Position numbers and translations under genes: made by a program. DNA of 64,000 nucleotides, taken from positions 2,272,001 through 2,336,000 of the forward strand of contig CBDFLJ010000002.1 of the NCBI GenBank assembly GCA_965248835.1, given 5' to 3'. Of this stretch, positions 10,726-20,664 are shown in pieces. The notes below the pieces were generated by a model. That model saw nothing but the letters and a program-made list of their open reading frames with translations, was not told where the DNA came from and searched no databases. The number at the start of each line of letters is the position of its first letter. Within the stretch, counting starts at the first letter, position 1. Source of the stretch: Alphaproteobacteria bacterium (lineage in GTDB: Bacteria > Pseudomonadota > Alphaproteobacteria > MPNO01).

Positions 10726-11652
10726 TTACTTGCGTTCGAAGTGCTTGGGCCCTTGCATGAATCGATCGATCCACCAGCTGAAGAAGACATAGCGCAGGAC
10801 CTCGCCGTCCGTCCCTCCGAACTTGCCGCTGGCCTTGAGCCGCGACAGGATTTCGGCGTCGGCGTTGTCGAGCCCGACGTCCAGCTCTGTAATCTCGATG
10901 GGCACATTGGTGAAGTCGGGCACGTAGCCCGAATCCCGGCCAAGCTCCCGCTCCACCCTGATGTTCTTGACCTTGAAGTCGGCCGGCGTGCGCTGGTTGG
11001 CGTAGGTCTGCATCTCAGGCACCTGCGCCCGGTCCTCGTCGGTGGCCTCGCACACGGTCAACTTCAAGGGCTTGAGCTCGAAGTCGCTGGTTGCCATGAC
11101 GTCGGCACCGCAGACGTTGGGAACGGCGAGGACGTCTATCATCGCCAGAAGATCGACGTAGTCACCCTTCTTCGCCGTCTGGCTGGCGATGAACGGCCGC
11201 CCGCCCTGGTCGACGCCTGTGTGCATAAAGAAATTCAGGGAATCGTGCACGTCGTCTGGGGTGAGGCCGTATTCGCGCTGTGCCTCGGCCTGTATGTCGT
11301 GGCAGTTGGTGTGGACAGGCAAGCCGTAATGGTACTCGAAGAGAAAAGCGCTGCAGCGCGGATAGAGCGCGTCGTTGGTGCCGACGGTGTCGTTCAGGAT
11401 GTAGATCATCGGGCGCTCGCGTGGCGGCGCCGACCACAAGAAACTCCCCTTGGTGGGATGAAGCCCGTGCAGGTGGCGCGTTCGGCCGGTGTGCATGAAC
11501 TCCTTGTAGTCGTGAAGGTTGAAGCAATTGAAGTCGGCGCACTGGCCGTCGGCCTCTTGCTCGATGCGCAGGATTTGCCCCTTGAGTATTTCAAGCGCTT
11601 TGCCCGTGCCCGGCTGAATGACCAGTTCGTGAAGTATCTTCCGTTCCGCCAT
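10726..11652 (-). CDS. DUF1989 (urea carboxylase-associated) family protein with C-terminal extension
   Basis: GQCADFNCFN, RCS, NCHD, DVHDSLNFFMHT and GDYVDLLA motifs. Confidence 0.85.
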   Translation of the reverse strand: MAERKILHELVIQPGTGKALEILKGQILRIEQEADGQCADFNCFNLHDYKEFMHTGRTRHLHGLHPTKGSFLWSAPPRERPMIYILNDTVGTNDALYPRCSAFLFEYHYGLPVHTNCHDIQAEAQREYGLTPDDVHDSLNFFMHTGVDQGGRPFIASQTAKKGDYVDLLAMIDVLAVPNVCGADVMATSDFELKPLKLTVCEATDEDRAQVPEMQTYANQRTPADFKVKNIRVERELGRDSGYVPDFTNVPIEITELDVGLDNADAEILSRLKASGKFGGTDGEVLRYVFFSWWIDRFMQGPKHFERK

Positions 11653-11667
11653 TGCCCTACCTCGACC

Positions 11668-11829
11668 CTATTCGGCGGCGCCGGAAGATTCGGCATGCTC
11701 GCGCCCGTACTCGCGGAGAGCCTTCTTGAACAGCTCGTCACGGCTCGCCGCCACGCCCTCGGCGACAGTTTTGTCGACGAGCTCCCATTGCTGCTGGTTG
11801 AGGCGGACCGTTACTTTGTTCTCTGCCAT
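11668..11829 (-). CDS. 53-aa ribbon-helix-helix/CopG-like protein (absent from the ORF track)
   Basis: MAENKVTVRLNQQQWELVDKTVAEGVAASRDELFKKALREYGREHAESSGAAE; RBS GAGGGA; fills the gap between RidA and DUF1989. Confidence 0.7.
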   Translation of the reverse strand: MAENKVTVRLNQQQWELVDKTVAEGVAASRDELFKKALREYGREHAESSGAAE

Positions 11830-11846
11830 TTTGCGTCCCTCGCATC

Positions 11847-12311
11847 CTACTTCTCGAGAATGTGGGCGACCGCCTCCACCTCCAGCAACGAGTCGTTGGT
11901 CGGCAGCAACTCGAGCACGCGCACCACCGTGCTCGCCGGGGGCTCGCCCGGAAAGTACATGGCGCGGATTCGGTTGTAGATGGGAAAGTCCCGCATGTCG
12001 CGGAAATACTGGGTCAGCTTGACGACGTCATCGAGGGTACCACCCGCCGCCTTTACCGTCTTGCTCAGGTTTTCCAGGATCATCCACGACTGTGCGGCGA
12101 TTGGCCCCTCGTGGGCGTCGGTCGACATTTCGCCGCTGGCGCCGATTTTGGCGCGCGCTTCCTCGGGGATGTCGGCGTAGCCGGTGACTACCCTGCCGCT
12201 CAACGGGTCGGCGGCGACAATGCCGGAAAAGTACACGAGGTCGCCGGCCCGGCGGAACGGTGCGTAACGCGATAGCGGGCGCGCCACGTCTTGGCTAGGG
12301 TCGTCGGTCAT
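11847..12311 (-). CDS. RidA/YjgF family protein
   Basis: RRAGDLVYFSG, DDVVKL, PPASTVV, LLEVEAVA. Confidence 0.88.
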   Translation of the reverse strand: MTDDPSQDVARPLSRYAPFRRAGDLVYFSGIVAADPLSGRVVTGYADIPEEARAKIGASGEMSTDAHEGPIAAQSWMILENLSKTVKAAGGTLDDVVKLTQYFRDMRDFPIYNRIRAMYFPGEPPASTVVRVLELLPTNDSLLEVEAVAHILEK

Positions 12312-12382
12312 CTCATGTGTCCTCGCCTGTCAATGGTCAGGTGTCAAGCACGGCGAGGCCGCTCTGGCGTGACAGCGGCCTT

Positions 12383-12820
12383 TCACGACTTGTCCTTGGG
12401 AACGACGGCGATCATGTCGAGTTCCAGGCGTGCCCCTGGCGCGCTCAGATTGTTGACGCTGACCAGGGTGCCCGCGGGTCGCCAGTCGCCGAAATTCTCG
12501 TTGAGGACCTCGTACATGTCGTCCATCTCGCGCATGTCGGTCATGTATTTGGTGATCTTGACGACATCCCTCCAGGTCAGGCCCTTGGCGTCGAGGACCA
12601 TTTTGATGTTGGCCAACGACATCCGCGTCTGCTCCTTGATGTTGTCGGGCAGCACGTGTTCTTCCGGCACGTGCGGGTGCTTGTGGTAGAGCGGCGAGGC
12701 CGTGGCCCCGGCGATGAACATGAGGCCCTCGGCCTTTTCCAGGTCGATGTACATGGCGGGCGCATAGGGCATGTCCTCGGCTTCTTCAGGCCTCGGATGA
12801 ACTTCCGAAATCGCGGTCAT
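12383..12820 (-). CDS. RidA/YjgF family protein (second paralog)
   Basis: PYAPA, FIAGATA, DVVKITKY, RPAGTLV, LELDMIA; start MTAISE after RBS GAAGG. Confidence 0.87.
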   Translation of the reverse strand: MTAISEVHPRPEEAEDMPYAPAMYIDLEKAEGLMFIAGATASPLYHKHPHVPEEHVLPDNIKEQTRMSLANIKMVLDAKGLTWRDVVKITKYMTDMREMDDMYEVLNENFGDWRPAGTLVSVNNLSAPGARLELDMIAVVPKDKS

Positions 12821-12834
12821 GGTGTTTCCTTCTG

Positions 12835-13914
12835 TTATTCGGATTGCTCCCGGCGCCACCTGATCTCCGGCCCTGCCGCCTCGCCGATGCGGTTGCGCAG
12901 GACGCCGATCCCGGCCGCCTCGAGTTCGACCACGTCCCCCGGCGCGACCCAGCGGTCGATCTCGAAGCCGCACCCCTGGTCCACGGTCCCCGAGCCGAAC
13001 ACGTCGCCGACGTTCAGGGGTTCGTCCTGGGAGGTGTAGGAGATGATTTCCGGGAACGTCCACTGCATGGCGCCGGGCGTCGATTCGGCCCAAACGTCGC
13101 CGTTGATTGTGACATTCATGGCGAGGCTGCCGATTTCGCCAAGCTCGTCGGGCGTGACGATCCACGGCCCCAGGCCCCAGGCGAAGTCCTTACCTTTATA
13201 TGGGCCGGTGCTCATGGCCATTTCCCCTTTCTGGGTGTCGCGTGCCGAGAAATCGTTGAGCAGCGTGTAGCCCAGGATGTGGCCGGACGCCGCGTCGACG
13301 TCGATGTCCTGGCCGGGCGCACCGATGACCGCCGCCAGCTCGAGCTCGTAATCCAGTTTGCGGGTGTAACGCGGCCATCGCACTTCTTCGTCGTGACCGA
13401 CAAGGGTCGTCGGATTGCCCTTAAAGGCAGTCGGGCGCTCGTACCATTCGGGCGGGATTTTGAGCCCCATCTTGCCAAACGTCGTCTGCAGGTGGTCCTC
13501 GAACGCAGCGAAGTCGCGCAAGACCGGGACCCGCGCTACCGGCGGCCGCAAATCCACCTCGTCGAGGCGGTAGGCGACGCGCTCGGTCCTCGGGCCGACT
13601 AACTCGGCGGGTGCGGTTGCAGCGGTCCGTGCCTCGAACCATTGGACGACCTCGTCGAGCCCATCGAGAGCCGGTCCGTGCAGCTCGGCGTAGGTTTGCA
13701 GGTCGGGGGGGCAAAACGCGTCAGCGCGGCGGTTCGGGTTGCCGACGCCATCCTCGGCGCACTTGGCGGCAGAGGCGAAGTTGACGTCGATGATCCACCC
13801 CTGGGATTGTCGCGCACTTGTGGCGTGATCCTCCGGTCCTCCGTCGAGGCGCACGATGCCGAAACGCTCGAAGGGGCCGACCGGGGTATGTACGCGGAAG
13901 GTTGCCAGCTTCAC
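12835..13914 (-). CDS. Fumarylacetoacetate hydrolase family protein
   Basis: RDFAAFEDH, LDYELELA, NDFSARD, KGKDF, GDVFGSGT. Confidence 0.9.
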   Translation of the reverse strand: MKLATFRVHTPVGPFERFGIVRLDGGPEDHATSARQSQGWIIDVNFASAAKCAEDGVGNPNRRADAFCPPDLQTYAELHGPALDGLDEVVQWFEARTAATAPAELVGPRTERVAYRLDEVDLRPPVARVPVLRDFAAFEDHLQTTFGKMGLKIPPEWYERPTAFKGNPTTLVGHDEEVRWPRYTRKLDYELELAAVIGAPGQDIDVDAASGHILGYTLLNDFSARDTQKGEMAMSTGPYKGKDFAWGLGPWIVTPDELGEIGSLAMNVTINGDVWAESTPGAMQWTFPEIISYTSQDEPLNVGDVFGSGTVDQGCGFEIDRWVAPGDVVELEAAGIGVLRNRIGEAAGPEIRWRREQSE

Positions 13915-14462
13915 CGCTTTACTTCCTCGATATCGACCTTGTCGTCGGCGTCTGTGCCCGGGAACGGGCCCTGCTTGACTTCGATGAGGCGGGTTTTCGG
14001 TTCCAGAAACTCGACCTCGTGGCCCTCCACCATGAGGATGAGGTCGTTGGCGGAGAGCACAACGTCGCCCAACTCATGGCCCTCCTTGGTGAAGATGCCG
14101 ATGCGGGCGCGCCCACTCTGGCAGATCAGGATCTGGTGGCGGGTCGGCAGGTCGGGCAGTGGCTCGGTGGGCACGTGGTAGTGGGGGAGCGTCGTGCCGC
14201 CGGGTTCCCTTTCCAGCATGATGACCTGGAGCGGCCACGAGTTATCGGTGATGTGCGCTTTGGTGGTGCGCTCCAAGGTCGGGTCGCTGACGTTATAGGC
14301 TTCGCGGACGTGCTGGATTTCCTCTTCCGTGTCCATAAACGGGGGAAACTTGCCGAATTCTCCGAAGTCGTTCCTAATGTAGATGGCGACGATCCGGTCG
14401 TCATCGGGTGCGCGGAAATACTTAACCGTCTCGATGTCGAGGCTCATTGCCTGATCCATCAT
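13911..14462 (-). CDS. Cupin-fold hypothetical protein
   Basis: PHYH, QILICQSG, GHEVEFLE and IEVKQGPF cupin-like motifs. Confidence 0.65.
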   Translation of the reverse strand: MMDQAMSLDIETVKYFRAPDDDRIVAIYIRNDFGEFGKFPPFMDTEEEIQHVREAYNVSDPTLERTTKAHITDNSWPLQVIMLEREPGGTTLPHYHVPTEPLPDLPTRHQILICQSGRARIGIFTKEGHELGDVVLSANDLILMVEGHEVEFLEPKTRLIEVKQGPFPGTDADDKVDIEEVKR

Positions 14463-14612
14463 GGTCCCTTCCTCGAGCGCTATTGTTCGTTCCGTCCGCC
14501 AGTCCGGCAAGGCAAGCGGGCTGGGCGGAGATCCTCAGCCGCGGCCAACCGCCCGCCGGAATGAACGTCATCCAGGCGGACGGGCGGGCACGCCTCGATA
14601 GAGCGACTGGCC

Positions 14613-15599
14613 TTACGGCTTCCAGCCCTTCGGTTGCTGCATCTTGCTGGTGTCGAGAGAGTCCAAGTTGGTGCGCGTCACCGGGATTAGGGGGACCTCG
14701 ATTAGGCTCTTGGTGGGCTTCATTCCCTTGATCAGCTCATCGGCGAGCCGAACCGCGGTACGGCCGATGACCACGGTCTGCTGGGCGACAACGTAGTCGA
14801 CGCAGCCCGCCCTCATGAGTTCGGCCGCTGCAGGACCGAGCACCCCGAAGAGGACTTTGGTCTTGCCACAACGCCCGGCGCCCTGCACGGCGCGTGCCGC
14901 GCCCACGCCATAGGTGTCATCAGCGCCATAGAGGATGTCAACGTTGGGAAAGCGCTGCAAGAAATCGTTCGCCAAGCCGAGCGCCACGGCAACTTCCTGG
15001 GCACTGTTCTTTTCGGCGATGACCTTGATGTTGGACCCCTTAACGGACTCCTTGAAGCAACGCCACCTCTCACCCGACCAAAACGCGCCGGGAGGGCCGC
15101 TCAGCGCCGCCACCGTACCGCCCTTGGGCAGCAATGCTCTGGCGCCCTTGGCCAGTTCCTTGCCGAGGTTGCAATGGCTCGACGAAGCGGCGGCACTGGG
15201 CGCCACGTCGCTGGCGACAACTGGGCTGCCGGTACCGACGACAGCAATGCCCGCCTTCTGCGCCTGACGAACGACGCCGTTGAACGCCGAAGGGTTGGCC
15301 GGGTCCATGAGGATCGCCTTGACTTTTTGGACCGTCAGATTGGAGATGTGCGAGACTTGCTTGTCGACGTGGGCGTAGCCGCCAGCGTCGAGGATCACCG
15401 TTTTGTAACCGAGTTTCTTCGCTTCATCGGTGACGCCGTACAAGAGGGCCGTGTACCAGGGGCCCTGTATGGTCGGCATGGAGACGCCGAGGGTCCTCTT
15501 CTCGGCGGCAATAGCGGACGCCCCGCCAAGCACTGCTATAACGGCACAGGCCATGGACAAAATGGCCAGTCGTTCGAATAGTTTCTCTGTTTTCAACAT
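14613..15599 (-). CDS. Sugar/nucleoside ABC transporter substrate-binding protein (RbsB-like)
   Basis: Signal peptide; LDAGGY, LSGPPGAFWSGER and YVVAQQ periplasmic-binding patterns. Confidence 0.85.
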   Translation of the reverse strand: MLKTEKLFERLAILSMACAVIAVLGGASAIAAEKRTLGVSMPTIQGPWYTALLYGVTDEAKKLGYKTVILDAGGYAHVDKQVSHISNLTVQKVKAILMDPANPSAFNGVVRQAQKAGIAVVGTGSPVVASDVAPSAAASSSHCNLGKELAKGARALLPKGGTVAALSGPPGAFWSGERWRCFKESVKGSNIKVIAEKNSAQEVAVALGLANDFLQRFPNVDILYGADDTYGVGAARAVQGAGRCGKTKVLFGVLGPAAAELMRAGCVDYVVAQQTVVIGRTAVRLADELIKGMKPTKSLIEVPLIPVTRTNLDSLDTSKMQQPKGWKP

Positions 15600-15690
15600 G
15601 GTTTCCTCCCGTTGCTTCCAATTCCGTTTCGTGCGTCGACGGCAAACCCGGCGAGGACGTTCCTCCCTCACGCGTTGGCGGAGAACTCGA

Positions 15691-16707
15691 TCACTCTCCG
15701 CTGCCTCGTCTCACCAACACCTGGTCGATGGCGACGGCGCCGGCCAGCGCCGCTCCGATCACCATCATCTGCGTATAGGACGACACGTTTAGCAGGTTGA
15801 GGCCGTTGGAGAGAATGCTAACAAACGCCACCCCGAAGGCGACGCCGATCACCGACCCACGGCCGCCGAACAGGGAAACCCCGCCCAGCACCACCGCCGC
15901 CACCGATTCGAGGGGAAGGGTCGTTCCCAGAGTGGGTTGGCCAGACGCCACCCGCGCCGTCAAGATGAGCGCTCCCACCGCCGAGCAGAACCCGCAGTAC
16001 ATATAGGCCGCGACCTTGACCCCATCGACCTTGATGCCGGACAGGCGCGCCGCTTCCTGGTTGCCGCCGACGGCGTAAATGTTTCTCCCCCAGCGCATGT
16101 AGCGCAGGATGACGAAGGTGATAACCAGCAACACCAATGAGACCACCACCGGCACCGGCAGGCCCAGAAAATCCTCGTACGCGACGTCCGAAAACTTGAC
16201 CGAGAGACCGGTGACCGGCGTGCCGCCGCTGAGGTTGAGAGCCAAGCCCGACGCGAAGGACATCATGGCCAGGGTGGCGATAAACGGGAAGACCCTGAGC
16301 TTCGTTACGATCAGGCCGTTGACCAGGCCGACACCGAGCCCGGCAAGAAGCCCCATCACCATGGCCGCGGAGATGCCGAAGTCGAGCATCACCATAGCGC
16401 TGCAGACGCTGACCAAGGCGACAATGGACCCCACGGAAAGGTCCAGTCCCGCCGTCAGGATCACCGCCGTCTGGCCAAAGGACACCGCAGCCAGGGCCGC
16501 CGCCTGCAGGCCGATGTTGCGGAAGTTTTGGATGGACAAAAAGACGTCCGACGACGACGCGAAGATGGCGATCAAGCCGAACACCGCCAGCGGGAGTCCG
16601 ATTTGCCGCCCATAGTGAACCAGGAAATCGACCCAAACCGCTCGTGAGCCTTGCAAGGATACGCCGTCCTTCGCTGGGCACCCCGATGTGGCGCTCTCCG
16701 CTTCCAT
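15691..16707 (-). CDS. Sugar ABC transporter permease (RbsC-like)
   Basis: GLDLSVGS, FIATLA, GGNQEAARLSG, LESVAAVVLGGVSLFGG; start uncertain (MEAES at 16707 chosen). Confidence 0.88.
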   Translation of the reverse strand: MEAESATSGCPAKDGVSLQGSRAVWVDFLVHYGRQIGLPLAVFGLIAIFASSSDVFLSIQNFRNIGLQAAALAAVSFGQTAVILTAGLDLSVGSIVALVSVCSAMVMLDFGISAAMVMGLLAGLGVGLVNGLIVTKLRVFPFIATLAMMSFASGLALNLSGGTPVTGLSVKFSDVAYEDFLGLPVPVVVSLVLLVITFVILRYMRWGRNIYAVGGNQEAARLSGIKVDGVKVAAYMYCGFCSAVGALILTARVASGQPTLGTTLPLESVAAVVLGGVSLFGGRGSVIGVAFGVAFVSILSNGLNLLNVSSYTQMMVIGAALAGAVAIDQVLVRRGSGE

Positions 16708-16871
16708 CTCCAGAGGGGTTAAGGTCTGGTACCAGGATAACGGGTTGTCATGATGCCAAACTTTATCGCCGGCGGCATCCAGGGGCAAGCAATCTCCCGC
16801 TTGGCACGCCCCCCAATTTGTCAAGCCATTCTCAGCCCGCACCCAGCAAAGTGACCAACCACCTTTTCTCA

Positions 16872-17813
16872 GAGCCCTTCCGGAAAGCTCTTGAATCGGA
16901 AGAATCGTTTGTGATTCTGTGCTGGGCATCCGGTTTACAGGAGGAAGCCCGATGTGGACTGCGGAACAGCGCCGCGCGGCGGAGCGTCGCGGACTTCGCT
17001 ATCCGAGTGATCTGACCGACGCCGAGTGGGCGCTGATCGCGCCAATGATCCCGCCTGCCAAGCGCGGCGGGCGCAAGCGCTCAGTCGACGTGCGCGAGGT
17101 TCTGAACGGCATCTTCACCGTGCTGTCCACGGGCTGCCAGTGGAATGCACTGCCCAAGGATCTGCCGCCGAAGTCGACGGTGTACGACTATTTCGATCTA
17201 TGGGAGTGGGATGGCACGCTGGAGCGGATCCATCATGAACTCTACGTCGCGGTGCGCGATGAGGAAGGACGCGAAGCCAGCCCGTCGGCCGCGGTCATCG
17301 ACAGCCAGAGCGCCAAGGCGGCGCAAAAAGGGGGGCGTCGATCGACGATCAAGGCTTCGATGCGGGCAAGAAGGTCACCGGTCGCAAGCGGCACATCATG
17401 GTCGACACGCTCGGCCTGATGCTGGGCATCGTGGTGCATTCCGGCGACGTTCAGGATCGCGACGGTGCCCACGAGCTCTTGCGCCGCACCCGGCGACGGT
17501 TCCCATTCATCGAGGTGATCTACGCCGACGGCGGCTATCAGGGACCGAAGATGGCCGCGACTGTCGCCAAGACCGGGGGTTGGCGGCTCGAGATCGTCAA
17601 GCGCAACGACGTGCCCCGCTTCGAGGTGCTGCCAAAGCGTTGGATTGTCGAACGCACCTTCGCCTGGATCAGCCGCAACAGGCGCCTCGCTCGCGACTTC
17701 GAACGTCACGTTCGATCCGTCGTCGCCTTCATCCGACTCGCCATGATCCGCATCATGCTGCGCAGACTCGCCGCAACCCACTCACCATAGATTCAAACTT
17801 TCCGGATCGGCTC
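16872..17813 (+). mobile_element. IS5-family element (IS1031/IS427-like), two ORFs joined by a frameshift
   Basis: IRs gagcccttccggaaag / ctttccggatcggctc; TCA duplicated on both sides; YPSDLTDAEW and RWIVERTFAW; slippery AAAAAGGGGGG near 17330. Confidence 0.92.
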
Positions 17814-17825
17814 TCAGAATATTTA

Positions 17826-17838
17826 TGAGATACTCTCA
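17826..17838. promoter_or_regulatory. LysR-type T-N11-A dyad operator
   Basis: TGAGA-tac-TCTCA, ~50 bp upstream of a LysR gene divergent from the permease. Confidence 0.6.
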
Positions 17839-17889
17839 ATGTATCGCCCAATGTATCGCCCAATCGCACAAATAGGAGCGCGTACTCCC

Positions 17890-18850
17890 ATGTTCCGGCG
17901 AATGCCCTCCCTGAACGCGGTGCGCGCCTTCGAAGTGGCGGCCCGCCATCTGACTTCAGCCACGCTGCCAACAAGCTTGGCGTCAACCAAGGCGCGATCA
18001 GCCGCCGGGTTAAGGCCCACGAGGAATTCCTCGGCATCGAACTCTTCCACCGGTTGACCCGCGCTCTCCAGATGACCGAGTCGGGCCAAGAGTATCACGT
18101 CTCCATGCGCGACGCTTTCGATCGCATTGAACGGTCGACCCAGCGCATCACCAACCCAAGTGACCGGCAGGTCCTAACCGTCGGCGTCCTGCCGACGTTT
18201 GCCATGCACTGGCTCATTCCCCGCCTCAGTGCTTTCATAGAGGCCAACTCCGCCGTCGAAGTGCGGTTCGTCACCGCCATCATTCCGGTAAATTATGCGC
18301 GCGAGGATATCGACGTCGCCATCCGCGTCGGCTCCATCGAGCCCGCCGCCCCCGAAGGAATGTCGCCGCGCATCGACCTCAAGATGGTGGCGGACTGGTC
18401 GGGCGTGCGCGTCGATCTTGTCGTTCCGGATGTGCTCGTCCCCGTGTCCAGCCCGGAGCTCTGCGACGGCTCCCCGCCACTGAACGAAATGGAACATTTG
18501 CGCCAGCACCCCCTGCTCCACACATCGACCCGTCCCAATGCCTAGCCGGACTGGCTCGGCGCCGTTGACATGGGCGACCTTGAGCACGAAGCCGAACCGA
18601 CTTTCGGCCATACGCGGCGACGCAGAAGCAATATCTTGGGCAAGTCTCCCTCCCGCGCATCGGGGCCCGTCCGACCGTCTTCCGATTCTTCATGACCCTG
18701 CAGGCGGCCGCGCAAGGCCTCGGCGTGGCCATCGTTCCCGAGATGGTGGTTCGCCAAGGCCACCTGACCATCCCGGGTGGCAGTCTTTGCGTCGCCCATT
18801 GGCTGAATTTTGATCCGCCGTTGACACACGCGTTTGCCAACGGCGCCAAA
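17890..18850 (+). pseudogene. GcvA-type LysR regulator, frameshifted
   Basis: MPSLNAVRAFEVAARHL, then a frameshift; PTFAMHWLIPRL, IDVAIR; TAG at 18543; LQAAAQGLGVAI fragment after it. Confidence 0.85.
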
Positions 18851-19073
18851 TCCGCCGAGGGCGACGTCCATCGTAATTGCTTCACATGTGTCGTCGATGA
18901 TCTTTGAGGAATGGAGATGGCGTCACAAGGGTGGTTTTGACAAACCAACTTTTGATCCCTCATGTATGAGCGTCTCTCATTCGTGCCGGGATGTCGTCTT
19001 TGCTTGATCCGCTTCGCCGCCGTGCCATGGTGTTCCGTACCGTGCGTGGCGGTGGTCAATTCGTGAGGCGAGC

Positions 19074-20663
19074 GTGAGTCAAGATAAAGCTGTCATCGCC
19101 GTCGAGAATATCACCAAGAGATACCCGGGGGTGAACGCCCTCTCGTGCGTCGATTTCGATCTCAGGCCTGGCGAAGTGCACGCCCTTGTCGGCGAGAATG
19201 GCGCCGGCAAGTCGACGTTAATCAAGGTCCTGTCGGGGGACATCCCCCCGGACGAAGGCTCCATCACGGTCGATGGCCAGCCAGTGGCGTTTGCTTCGCC
19301 GGGCGCCGCGCGGCGCCGGGGGATCGTGACCATATACCAGGAGCTCACCATCGTGCCCTGGCTGAGCGTCGCCGAGAATGTGGTGCTGGGCAGCGAGCCG
19401 ACAATCGGACCATGGGGGCAGTTTTTTTCGCAAGGCCAGGCCATCGCCCAGACACAGGACATGCTGCAACGCATCGGTGAATCCATGGACATCGATCCGA
19501 GGGCGCCGGCGGGCGGGCTGTCGACGGCGAAAAAGCAGATCATTGAGATCGCCCGTGCCCTTCTCCTGCGCGCGCCGGTCATCGTCATGGACGAGCCGAC
19601 GGCGGCGCTTTCCGACAACGAGGCGGCGGCCCTTCTTCGCATCATGCGCCAGTTGCGCGACGAGGGACGCGCCATCCTGTTCGTGTCGCACCGTTTGAAC
19701 GAAGTCCTCGACATTGCCGACCGGGTGACCGTGCTGCGCGGCGGCAAGCGCATCGCCAGCCTGCCGGCGAGCCAGATCGACGGCACCGGCCAGCTCATCG
19801 AACTGATGGTCGGCCGTCCCCTTGCCGAGCTCTTTCCACCGCGCAACGAGAAGCTGGGCGACGTCATATTCTCGGCCCGTGGATTGACCCGCAAGGGCGT
19901 CTTCGAAGATATCGACTTCGAGGTTCGGGCCGGCGAGGTGCTCGGCGTTGCCGGCCTCATCGGAGCGGGCCGGACGGAGGTCATGCGCGCCATCTTCGGC
20001 GCTGATCCCCTGGACGGCGGGCGCATCGAGAAGGCCGGAAAGGCCGTCGTGGCGCGCAAGCCCAGGGACGCCATTGACGCCGGCATCGCCTACCTGCCCG
20101 AAGACCGCAAGGAGCACGGACTGGTGCTCGAGCTGTCGGGCCAAGAGAACATGGTGATGGCTTCCATGGACCGGGTGAGCACGTCGGGCTTCGTCTCGTG
20201 GCCGCGCATCCGGCGCATCACCCAAGACCTGACCGAACGCCTTCGCTTCCAAGGCAGGATCGAGGCCCCAGCGCGCACCAACTCGGGCGGCAATCAGCAA
20301 AAACTGGTTATCGGCAAATGGGTGGCGACGGGAGCCGACATCCTGATTTTCGACGAGCCCACCCGGGGCATTGACATCGGTGCCAAGGTCGAGGTCTACC
20401 GCCTCATCCAGTCCCTCGCCGAACGCGGCGCCGGCATCGTGATGATCTCGTCCGAGTTGCCGGAATTGATGAACGTCGCGCACCGCATCATCGTCATGTC
20501 CGGCGGCAGGGTGCAAGACGAAATATCGCTGCCGGATTTCGACGAACGCCGCATCCTCGCCGCGGCCTTCGCCGCTCACATCGGCCAACGCCACGGTGCT
20601 GAAGCCACCTCCGGATGGAGGCTCCGAAAATCAAAACCAAAACCAATAAAACAGCGAGGATGA
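19074..20663 (+). CDS. Sugar ABC transporter ATP-binding protein (RbsA-like, two NBDs)
   Basis: GENGAGKSTL, DEPTAAL, PEDRK, SGGNQQK, DEPTRGID. Confidence 0.93.
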   Translation: MSQDKAVIAVENITKRYPGVNALSCVDFDLRPGEVHALVGENGAGKSTLIKVLSGDIPPDEGSITVDGQPVAFASPGAARRRGIVTIYQELTIVPWLSVAENVVLGSEPTIGPWGQFFSQGQAIAQTQDMLQRIGESMDIDPRAPAGGLSTAKKQIIEIARALLLRAPVIVMDEPTAALSDNEAAALLRIMRQLRDEGRAILFVSHRLNEVLDIADRVTVLRGGKRIASLPASQIDGTGQLIELMVGRPLAELFPPRNEKLGDVIFSARGLTRKGVFEDIDFEVRAGEVLGVAGLIGAGRTEVMRAIFGADPLDGGRIEKAGKAVVARKPRDAIDAGIAYLPEDRKEHGLVLELSGQENMVMASMDRVSTSGFVSWPRIRRITQDLTERLRFQGRIEAPARTNSGGNQQKLVIGKWVATGADILIFDEPTRGIDIGAKVEVYRLIQSLAERGAGIVMISSELPELMNVAHRIIVMSGGRVQDEISLPDFDERRILAAAFAAHIGQRHGAEATSGWRLRKSKPKPIKQRG

Positions 20664-20664
20664 T

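Noticed and set aside
16801-16822. Sigma-54 promoter (TGGCAC)
   Set aside because: No TTGC at the correct spacing, and it faces the IS rather than the permease
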